A DNA stretch of 63,772 nucleotides, the filler included, from Corallochytrium limacisporum Hawaii (Eukaryota > Protista > Pluriformea): the NCBI GenBank assembly GCA_002811645.1. It is 5 parts of 5 records of this genome, joined end to end, with 100 filler letters (N's around TTAATTAATTAA, not from the genome) between each part and the next. Parts side by side here need not be neighbours in the genome. Positions count along the whole stretch, not along the records: positions 15,825 to 42,933 come from PDIP01000099.1; 4 more parts are not named here. One strand, 5' to 3'. Numbering within the stretch: position 1 is the first letter of the stretch; the number at the start of each line of letters is the position of its first letter. Below the pieces are notes generated by a model. It did no database searches, had not been told where the DNA came from, and saw nothing but the letters and a program-made list of their open reading frames with translations. The position numbers and the translations under genes were made by a program. Shown piece by piece: positions 32,201 to 41,347 of this stretch.

Positions 32201-33793
32201 ATGGAATATCTCACAGCTGGAATCCGCCTTGAAGGCCGAGTTCTCGGAATCTATGGGGGTTCCAGGCTTGCGGTCAACAGAATACAGAGTGCAATCAGTG
32301 CCAACCCGAAACTCATCATTGTCTACACAAATGGAGACAGTTATAACAGATCTGTTCTGAACTTTTCAGACATGGAGAATATACAGGTAGTCACTTGTCC
32401 GTTTGTTTTCGGACTGCTGGACGACCATCTGGTAGATGTATTGCTGGTAGCTGACGGCAGTGCAGAACAGCAATCTGAGATCGCCAAGGCCTGTCGCAAA
32501 AGAAAAATACTGGTCAGTGCTCCTCTTGCTGCTGAGTTCTCAGATATTTTCTTACCTGCCTCCTACCGCAATAAGTACTTGGAAGTCTCCGTGGGTGTGC
32601 GTGGCCTTGGATGCGCCCTAGCTGGCCGAATACGCACAGACATGATCACCGCGGTTGGCGTAGATGATGTGTCAAACGCGATCCTGGGTTACGCCAACCT
32701 TCGTCAACACTTGCAACAGCTGTGTGCCCAAACATTTCACAAAATTGAGGCTGATTCATCGGAACTCCAGCAGTTGCGATCACAGTTTCTTATTCACATT
32801 GCGCACCAATGGAGCTATAAGGATCTGTCTTGCCTCATGGACTGGAATATGGTTGAGAAGATAGGCCATCTCTTCACGATCGGAATCACGCCCGATTCCA
32901 TGAAGTCTGCTCTTCTTTTGACAGACAACGAAGACGTAAGGGGCACAACTTCATCAACCATGAGTGATCTGTCATTCGATGATACTAACCTTGACGGCCA
33001 TTTGCTTTCTTCTCCTGAATCAGACACAACTAGTCTGGATCGGGCGGAAGGCATGCTTTCACTCGTTGGGGCTGGTCCTGGTGACCCAAAATTGATATCT
33101 GTGGCTGCTAGAGAAGCACTTGATAAAGCCGATCTTGTCATTGCCGACAAATTGGTGCCAGAAGCTCTTCTGAATACCATAAGGTGTGAAATTCGTCATG
33201 CCCAAAAATATGCTGGTCGTGCAGATCAGGCGCAGGATGAACTACATGAGTGGATTCAAGGAGGCCTCGAGAAAGGACTCCGCGTCGTTCGCCTGAAGGG
33301 CGGAGACCCATTCGTGTTTGGTCGCGGTGGGGAAGAGTTCATTCACTTCACCACTCGCGGATTTCGCGTTGAGGTTATTCCTGGCATCTCCAGTGCTTTA
33401 GCCGCCCCTCTAAGTGCCATGATTCCCGTCACCCATCGCGGTACCGCCGATCAGGTACTCATTGCCACTGCCCGCGACCGACATGGCAATACCCCAGATC
33501 TTCCAAGCTACATCCCTAAGCGCACTGTGGTCTTGCTTATGGGCGTTGCCAGCTTGCCAAATATCGTCAAAACTTTGCTTTCCAAAGGCTATCCCGCAAG
33601 TCTGCCCATTGGGGTCATCGAGAAGGCCACATGGGCCAATCAACGTACCATCATTGCCACCTTGGAAGACATCGTCCACATAATCCACAGCCATGCCATC
33701 ACTTCCCCCTCTACGATTGTCATTGGTCATGCCTGCATGGCATTGAGACAAGCAAGTAAGAACCCATGGACTGCGTACCACCACATGGACTAA
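32201..33793 (+). CDS. MET1: Uroporphyrinogen-III C-methyltransferase with N-terminal CysG/Met8-like region (Met1-type siroheme biosynthesis enzyme)
   Basis: SUMT motifs LSLVGAGPGDPKLI, ADLVIADKLV, VVRLKGGDPFVFGRGGEE, VIPGISSA and IPVTHRG. The N-terminal part resembles a degenerate precorrin-2 dehydrogenase/chelatase (CRKRKILVSAP...SDIFLPA...LEVSV...GCALAGRIR). Confidence 0.9.
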   Translation: MEYLTAGIRLEGRVLGIYGGSRLAVNRIQSAISANPKLIIVYTNGDSYNRSVLNFSDMENIQVVTCPFVFGLLDDHLVDVLLVADGSAEQQSEIAKACRKRKILVSAPLAAEFSDIFLPASYRNKYLEVSVGVRGLGCALAGRIRTDMITAVGVDDVSNAILGYANLRQHLQQLCAQTFHKIEADSSELQQLRSQFLIHIAHQWSYKDLSCLMDWNMVEKIGHLFTIGITPDSMKSALLLTDNEDVRGTTSSTMSDLSFDDTNLDGHLLSSPESDTTSLDRAEGMLSLVGAGPGDPKLISVAAREALDKADLVIADKLVPEALLNTIRCEIRHAQKYAGRADQAQDELHEWIQGGLEKGLRVVRLKGGDPFVFGRGGEEFIHFTTRGFRVEVIPGISSALAAPLSAMIPVTHRGTADQVLIATARDRHGNTPDLPSYIPKRTVVLLMGVASLPNIVKTLLSKGYPASLPIGVIEKATWANQRTIIATLEDIVHIIHSHAITSPSTIVIGHACMALRQASKNPWTAYHHMD

Positions 33794-33981
33794 CAGAACA
33801 CTGCCCACATTTCGAAATGCAGATTCCAAATAAAAGCACTAATAAGCAGGACAAATATTTTCTTCCGGTCAATGGTGTCCTAACACCCTTAATAGCCAGT
33901 GGGTCAGCGAGATAAGAAATAGGGTATAGGTCAATGTTATTAACTGCTATTAACGGTCGGATTGAATATCAATTGGAGCAC

Positions 33982-35676
33982 TCAGGCAACGACATCGCGG
34001 TCAGCGGCCAGTACTGCAGCCTTGGTGGCGTCACGAGCCAGCGCACGGTCGCCAGAAGGAGAAGGGAGTTGATCATCCGTTACCAGAGAATCACGATATT
34101 GGTCACGTTGGCGGGCCTCAATCGTGGCTTGGTCAAAGTTCTTCCTGGTCCACGGGTCAAAGAAACCAGTGCCTTGAATCCTCATGAACGGAGTAAATAG
34201 AATAGCTGAGCCGAGAACGATGAAACCAACGTACTCATAACCCTGGCGCTGCTCGTCAACTCCGCGGAACAGTGTCGACCAACTTAGGGCACCGAGGTTA
34301 CCTCCGGCACCAACCAGACCTGACACGGTGCCGATGGCAAATTCATCTACATAGGGGACCAGGGCAAATGTGGACCCTTCGGACGCCTGCACAAACACCG
34401 AGAAAATGACTAAGGTGCAGATGGAGGCAACGGGATCTGTCATTTGGGCAAAGACAATCAGCATAATACCCTCTCCGGCGATGGTCAGGAACTGGACCCA
34501 CATTCGGCCAGAAAGATACCACTTCTTGAAAAAGCGGTCAGACAAGAAACCTCCAAGAGCACGGGCAAACAGATTCATTAGGCCAAAGAGCGAACCGATT
34601 AGAGCGGCCTGAGATTTTGTGAATGTTTCGCAGCCCTCACCTTCTTCATCGGGTACACAATTGTCCTTGTTGAAGTCTTCGTGGAAGTATGTGGCAAGCG
34701 TGTTGTTTACAGCAAGCTCGACACCGAAGCAGGTAGCGTAGTGGATGATGAGGAACCAGACAGTGGGCTTGATTAGGACACGACCCATCTGGCGCAGGGA
34801 CATGAAGCTTTTCTTTTCAGCAGAGTCCTTGATGTGGTCAACAGCACCAGTGGTGGAGTCAGGGGACGTATTTACAGACTCAACATCAGCGGAAACGATT
34901 GAATCCTTGTATGCATCACGACCGTCATCCTTCTTGGCCAGGGAAGAAATGGAACTGCGTGCCTCGAGCATCTTCTTGACTTTCGCTGGGCGCATATACT
35001 TACCCTGTGGTATGTCATCGGAGAAAACCAGAACCATGATGGCCCAGGTGACCAACACGGTGGCAGGAACAATCATGGCGTAGCGCCAAGCCTTGTCCTC
35101 ACCGAGACCAGCGGCCTCCATGACAAGCAAGATGCCAGGCATAATAAGATAAGTAGCTCCACCACCAAGGTTTCCCCAACCTCCAACCATGGCATTGGCC
35201 TGCCCAACAACGTTGCTGCTGAACATCAGGGAGGTCCAAAACTGGCACGGCACAAAGGTACCCCCAAGGATACCAATGAAGAAACGGACCACAACCAAGT
35301 CAGTAGCGGAGTTGACAAGCCCTGACAGGAACACTGGGATGGCACCTGCAATCATAAGGCAGGCCATAACACGACGAGGTCCAAATTTATCACACAAGGG
35401 ACCAATCAAAACACGAACCACAATTGTAGCAGAGACAGCAGCAATGTTTGAGTCTTTGACCTCATCCTTACTGATACCAAGAGTGTCCTTGACGGTCGGC
35501 ATCACGGGGGCAAAGGCAAACCAGGAGGTGAACGCAATGAAGAAGGCAGTCCATGAGTAGTGGAAAGCACGCATGTGAGGGCGATCAAAGCGAGTGACAA
35601 CAATCTGGCGAGCACGTCCCACGTCATCCTGGGTGATGACGCGGTTTTCAGACTTGAATTCGTCAAAGATGAACAT
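33982..35676 (-). CDS. NRT2: High-affinity nitrate/nitrite transporter, NRT2 (NNP family, MFS)
   Basis: RPHMRAFHYSW, GPLCDKFGPR, nitrate signatures GGWGNLGGG and GLVGAGGNLG, FGVEL, FGLMNLFARALGG. Confidence 0.95.
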   Translation of the reverse strand: MFIFDEFKSENRVITQDDVGRARQIVVTRFDRPHMRAFHYSWTAFFIAFTSWFAFAPVMPTVKDTLGISKDEVKDSNIAAVSATIVVRVLIGPLCDKFGPRRVMACLMIAGAIPVFLSGLVNSATDLVVVRFFIGILGGTFVPCQFWTSLMFSSNVVGQANAMVGGWGNLGGGATYLIMPGILLVMEAAGLGEDKAWRYAMIVPATVLVTWAIMVLVFSDDIPQGKYMRPAKVKKMLEARSSISSLAKKDDGRDAYKDSIVSADVESVNTSPDSTTGAVDHIKDSAEKKSFMSLRQMGRVLIKPTVWFLIIHYATCFGVELAVNNTLATYFHEDFNKDNCVPDEEGEGCETFTKSQAALIGSLFGLMNLFARALGGFLSDRFFKKWYLSGRMWVQFLTIAGEGIMLIVFAQMTDPVASICTLVIFSVFVQASEGSTFALVPYVDEFAIGTVSGLVGAGGNLGALSWSTLFRGVDEQRQGYEYVGFIVLGSAILFTPFMRIQGTGFFDPWTRKNFDQATIEARQRDQYRDSLVTDDQLPSPSGDRALARDATKAAVLAADRDVVA

Positions 35677-38037
35677 TCTGTGGCGCTAGAACTTGAGATC
35701 TAATATCTAACACAAGTTGCATGGGATCTAGACTTTGACCACTATAGAACGGTATGACATGTGGTACATGACGCTGTGACCGCCATCTAGCTGGGTGCTA
35801 AAGGGCAGCAGTTTAAGTACCCTTTGGGGACCATCGTTGACTGTCCAGGCCTTCACCAAAACGATATCGCCAAACTCTGGCACAATCATCGTCATGGAAG
35901 GAAAGTTCTCTATCATATCAGTGAGTAGTTATACATCTTGATCTACAAACGTTTGTTTTCTGGGGTGTTCACCGCCATCTTTCCATGCATCTGAATGGTA
36001 TCTTGGCTCTTTCCGTTTAGTTCATGGCCGACTGCATCTCCCTTGTCCCCTGTCCCTTTCCCCTCCCCCGGGGGGGCGGATCTTGTCCCGCCCTTTTCTC
36101 TGGAGGCACCAACCCGCTTCACCCCAGCTTCCCTTTTCGTCACCCGGTTCAGTGCTCAATACTAACCGTTCACAAGGACCGACCAAACCCGATAGACGGA
36201 TAGAGCCAAAGCGACAGTGCAGTAATCGGGTCGGATCTAAGAAGGTTGACCGTGAATGTTTGTACACAGTCTCAGGGTACGGGAGCGTCCATTCGTAACA
36301 CAAACATCACCTTTGATGGAGAGATAGAAGAAACCGTGTCCAAGAAGAAAAGCGAAAGGACGTTGGAAATTACGAGAAACCAAAAGGGGGAAACTTGGTC
36401 ACAAATCCTTAGAAATGCCGAATGTGCCAACAGTCCACTTGTACATACAGTTCCCAGAGACTGTGCAGCGACAGTGTAGCAATTCTAACACATGTTTCCG
36501 GCTCACCTCTGTTCTTTCCCTCTCTCCAAACATTAAACTTCTGACAGTCTTGCACTCGCAATCATTGATCTGCCATCACTGTCGTTGTAACCAAAACAGC
36601 CTCTGGAGTTGCCCAGGAAAAGTGGGTCAAGAATTTACAATGTGAAAGAAAAAATTGGAAACAGACAAGCACACAAGAAACTGGGGAGGGCCGATCCACT
36701 AAATCTCCTACCGAGCCAAGGTGTCCCCGTTCGAGAGTCGAAGAACTTGAGATGTCTCCTCTTGTCGTGCTTTGAGACCTAGGGCACATTAGTTCCACCT
36801 CCAGTGGACATCTTGTACCATCCTCACCTTGTACAACAAGGACGCGCTGTCTGGGATTCAGATCATGATACATGATGTGATCATGTCTCTTTCATGTGAA
36901 TTCTCATCATGCTTGGCCTGAGGGTCTGTTTGCCTGGTCGTAGAACGGTTGAGTTCCTCACAGGAAAGACCGGATCGGAAGAGGTTCGAACTCAATCTAT
37001 ATTTAATCATCAGAAGTTTCACTTTGAATAAAAACATACCGACTGTAGGTTTTTCAACTGCAACCCCTCGGAGTACTTCCCGTTATTAGTAGTCAAAATA
37101 CTGAAAGCCTACCATTCTCAGCAGGCTACAGACTCTGCTGAAGAGAAAACAAAGTGCAATCGGCATTATACCAACGTACATGTAGCTTGCCTACGAACGG
37201 GAACCCTGGTTCTGTGGAGATCATTGAGGTGGCCCTCTGAAACTACCCTGAGGAGGCGGTACTTCGTCGGCAAAAATCTGAGAAGTCTGAAAATTCTGTT
37301 CCCGAGGGCGAGTTTGTCCTTTGTCCTTTAGCGTGCTGTACCCAGTAAGGATCAAAAGCCAGTGACGCGCTCTCCCTCTATAGTGGATGCATGTCTTGCC
37401 CTTCCAAATCCAAGACCATCTATTTCCCGAGGGCATCTCTGTGTCTTCCGTGGAACAAATGAAAAAAATATCGAATCCCTCATAATTTCCTGTTGTACAG
37501 GGTCGGGTGGAAGCAAACTGATCTGTAGTGCGAGGGTTATCGGATGGCAAGCCCTAAGCAAACACGAACTTTCAAAGGGCGGGGGAGGAGACATATATTT
37601 GGAAAACATTTAGGGCGATGGTCCAAACGGCGACAGTGGGGCTGTGCTACCTGGCCAGTACCTACGGTAAGCCGAAACCCTATAGCAAGGGTGGCGCGGG
37701 CGACTGCGTTATTACGATGGGTAGGGAGGGGAAATGCTCGGATGGGGGAAAAGGGTGATAAGGCAAGCCAACTGCGCAATTAGTTATACGCATACCGTCC
37801 GTTGTGCTTGAACTTCAGACTGTCAAATCAAATACACGAATCAGAGTATTAGATTACATATGTAGGCATCAAGCCACATGTTATTTTTGGTTTTGATATG
37901 CAAAGTTTGCGGTGGCAAAGTGGCAGGTATTTGGAACATGCACATCCCGACCAGCTGATCCCAATACATACATTCTCAAGGACCCGCTCTGGCCCTCACC
38001 TTACTGCTTACCCTCTTTTCCATAGTATTTCCCAACC

Positions 38038-39648
38038 ATGCCTCCCCATGTTGACCATATCGAAAGCGATAATGAAGAGATACCTCTTCTAATCCACTCG
38101 CCTGCGCGGTCGGCTCCGAAGAGGATCTTGAAAGTAAAGCCAATGTTATCCAAGATGTTCCATGCAATCTTGCGACAGGGAGTTCTTGGCAATGCATTGT
38201 TGGCTGCAGTCTTAGGTGCTGTATGTGGTTTCATTGCCGTTGTGTACCAAACGTGTATGGAAGGATCCATCCACATTTTCTGGACTCTCGGCTACGACTC
38301 CGTGTTTAGCTACCTAATTCCCGAGAGCTTGGGTTGGATCATGATTCTCATCATGCCCATCGTCATTAGTGTGTTTGTTGGCTTCTCCCTAGTCTTTCTT
38401 GGCTTTCCAGGCGATCTTCCTAATGTTGTCAAGAATGTGAACTCCGCAGGCTACGTCCCTCAGAGACAGATTCTTCCCATGCTTTCTGTCTCGCTCTTCA
38501 GTATTGCTGCTGGTGGTTCTTTAGGTCCTGAAGCCCCATTGGTTGTCATCTGCTCCAGTGTCGCATCATCTCCCCTGTTGTATTTATGGGCTGAAGACAA
38601 GGATCCTGAGCCACGACTTCTGCGCCTGTACACCCTCGTAGGTGCAGCTGCGGGCCTGGCTGCTTTCTTTGGGGTGCCCCTCGGGGGTGCCCTCTTTGCC
38701 TTTGAGGTGTGTCATCGCATGGGACTCCAGAATTATGAGCCGTTGCCATACGCCATGGTTGCTGGTCTGTGCTGCCTGGTCGTCTTTCGTGCTTGTTTGG
38801 ACCTTGGTTTTGGATCCATTTGGATTTTTGATAGCCTTGAACTTACACCCGTCAGCCCTCTGGATGTGGTCATCGGTGGAGCTGTCGGTGTCCTCGGGGT
38901 TTTGGCCTTCCACTGTTTCCGCATCTTTTCTCTAGGTACCCACCGCGCTTACATTGCCCTCGGTCTTGGAGTCTTTGAAGAGCACGGTCGCACCAGCTTT
39001 CAACATGTGTACTCAGCTGTTCTTGGAGCGGCCCTCATTGGGATCATTGGCGCCATGAACCCTTTTACTCTGTTCTGGGGCGAAATCGAAATCGGAACAA
39101 TTGTCGATTATGCTCCAGGAAAGGACGTCAAACCACTGCCACATGTGGCTCCCCACACTGTTGTGGCACCCTTCTTCAACAGCTACGAGGATATGTCCGA
39201 TTTCTACCTTGGAAACCCCTTTGGACTATGCGCCACAGGACTGCTAAAGCTCGCGGCAATTGCAGTGACAGTGCACAGCGGCTTCCGCGGTGGTTTCATC
39301 TTCCCTTTGTTCCTAAGTGGTATAACCATTGGTTTAGGGTTTCACAAGCTGCTGTTGACATGGATTATGCCAACAGCAATGCCTTCTGCCGCACTGTTTG
39401 GTCTTTGTGTGGCTGCTGCACTAAATGTAGCTGTGACTCGAACCCCACTAGCAACAAGCTTAATCCTTTCCGCGCTCACCCAAGCTGGTGGCCCATTGTT
39501 GGTGCCAATGATGGCAGCATCGTATGTCTCTCTGTTCATGACCATTCAGTATCCATTTATTCGGGTGCAAAAGGATCGCCAAGAGCATATGGAAATTGAC
39601 ATTTTCCAAAAGGAAAGCTTTCCAAACGCAGTCGCCCATGCAGCATAA
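38038..39648 (+). CDS. CLC-family anion channel/transporter, prokaryote-like, no CBS domains
   Basis: CLC motifs GGSLGPEAP (gating Glu), GAAAGLAAFFGVPLGGALFAFE, GFRGGFIFP and AVTRTPL. The protein ends without a CBS pair. Confidence 0.88.
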   Translation: MPPHVDHIESDNEEIPLLIHSPARSAPKRILKVKPMLSKMFHAILRQGVLGNALLAAVLGAVCGFIAVVYQTCMEGSIHIFWTLGYDSVFSYLIPESLGWIMILIMPIVISVFVGFSLVFLGFPGDLPNVVKNVNSAGYVPQRQILPMLSVSLFSIAAGGSLGPEAPLVVICSSVASSPLLYLWAEDKDPEPRLLRLYTLVGAAAGLAAFFGVPLGGALFAFEVCHRMGLQNYEPLPYAMVAGLCCLVVFRACLDLGFGSIWIFDSLELTPVSPLDVVIGGAVGVLGVLAFHCFRIFSLGTHRAYIALGLGVFEEHGRTSFQHVYSAVLGAALIGIIGAMNPFTLFWGEIEIGTIVDYAPGKDVKPLPHVAPHTVVAPFFNSYEDMSDFYLGNPFGLCATGLLKLAAIAVTVHSGFRGGFIFPLFLSGITIGLGFHKLLLTWIMPTAMPSAALFGLCVAAALNVAVTRTPLATSLILSALTQAGGPLLVPMMAASYVSLFMTIQYPFIRVQKDRQEHMEIDIFQKESFPNAVAHAA

Positions 39649-39746
39649 TGTAGTAGTCAAGAAGCAACATCAATAGACTTCATAATCATACAGATAAGTT
39701 TTTAGTGCAAGTCACCATTCGCTTCTTCGGTCTAAATGTCCACTAT

Positions 39747-40931
39747 TCAAATTCTCTTACGGTAGCTTTCAGAGACAACAATGCATGACGGACAGAAAGC
39801 CCACAGTACGGTAAGCATTCCAAACATGGAGGTCAGAACAGACACCTTCGATGTGGACGTTTCGTCATGGATAGTCGTATTAACCGGAAGAGCGGCGGCA
39901 AAGAGAGCAATAGACTTTGCTATGGTGTTCATCGGCTTTTGTATTGCGACCAGCTGCATCGACACACTCCTCGTTTCGGTAACAATTGCCTTCCGTATGG
40001 CAGTCTTTGCTACAGCGGAGCCAATAATTTGGGTCATACCCAAACAGGTTAGGCATACAAAGCTGAGCACAGAGACTGTGTCCACTGTTAGCAAAACACA
40101 GCCAGCAACCACAAGTTTGGCCATTGTAAAAGTGCGTAGGTGCAGAGTGTTCAACCACTCAGGACAGCCAATCAATAGTGCAATAGCAGCACCCCAGTTT
40201 AGGGTGCTGTACACGCGATACTCGCTGCTGTCTTGGACCAGAACTGTGCGAACATAAGTCTTGAGAACAGCATCCACTCCTCCAAGCCCTGCAGCAACGA
40301 GCATGAATACAATGCTTTGACTCTTCAAGGGCATCCAGCTGGACCGCGCCCTTGCGACCTGAGGATCAGCCCTGCACAGGTTCAAAGGTTTTGACTTCAC
40401 TTCTTTCCTGTCAACTATGGCCAACAACATGGCAAAAAGCCCGTGACATGCTGGCAAGTACCATGTCGGTTCTTTGCTAAATGCCCATAGCAAAACCATG
40501 GACCACAGTATGGAGTATGCCCTTTGTTGGAATACACTGACGGTGTTGAAGATCACACCCTGTGCGTAACACACCTCCACTAAAATGAAAGTGCATGAGA
40601 GTACTGTGCGGGAGACCAGATATAGAATAATTTTACAATAACCAGGCGTCAAGATACCTATCACTACAGTTGTCATGCCCCACAACAGTATATGCCCTTG
40701 TAGTAAACCCCTCAGGGTATACTTTGAGAGAAAGTTCAGTAGTTTCGGATACACTATTGCTGCAAAGCAGCTGTTTACAGCAAGCCATAATCCAGGAACG
40801 TAATTGATCAACCTAAATAATTCCAATGGTAAGAACTCCTGTACGTGAGCTAGTGCAGTGCTCTCATGGTAAATGGCGACTGTGTCCAAAGCCACAAGTA
40901 GCAGCGACGGGACAATCGAGGGGTCTGACAT
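39747..40931 (-). CDS. Polytopic membrane protein, possibly a highly divergent MFS-type transporter
   Basis: 394 aa with about 10-11 hydrophobic segments in two halves separated by a charged loop (DRKEVKSKP...RARSS). No diagnostic motif recognised. Confidence 0.5.
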   Translation of the reverse strand: MSDPSIVPSLLLVALDTVAIYHESTALAHVQEFLPLELFRLINYVPGLWLAVNSCFAAIVYPKLLNFLSKYTLRGLLQGHILLWGMTTVVIGILTPGYCKIILYLVSRTVLSCTFILVEVCYAQGVIFNTVSVFQQRAYSILWSMVLLWAFSKEPTWYLPACHGLFAMLLAIVDRKEVKSKPLNLCRADPQVARARSSWMPLKSQSIVFMLVAAGLGGVDAVLKTYVRTVLVQDSSEYRVYSTLNWGAAIALLIGCPEWLNTLHLRTFTMAKLVVAGCVLLTVDTVSVLSFVCLTCLGMTQIIGSAVAKTAIRKAIVTETRSVSMQLVAIQKPMNTIAKSIALFAAALPVNTTIHDETSTSKVSVLTSMFGMLTVLWAFCPSCIVVSESYRKRI

Positions 40932-41347
40932 TTATCCCTGTGGCGCTATCTACAACGATGGGCGATCATGGTTATCTTCACTTTGGTTTAGCCCGTGGTA
41001 TCAAAACAATTGAAACACCACTGTGTTATTGGATTCTCTGTCGCTGAATTCAATTACCCGCGCAAGGATTGTTTGAAAAGAACCCCAATAAGTCAGTAGA
41101 GACGTAGTTATATTGACCCTGGCTTACCACTCAGCGTTCATTCGCTCGTACACAGTGCGCCTCATTGCAATGGATCCATAGACAATGAGGGGAGGGGCGG
41201 GGGGTTGGGCAGGGTAGGGGGAAAGGTGAGACCAAACGCTGTAGAAAATGCAGCCGCTAACTGAAAGGTAACGCCATCGGTAGAAAAAAAAACGAAAGAT
41301 CCCAGAGCTATGGAAACTGGACCAAGGTCCGAGCAATTGAAAAAAAT

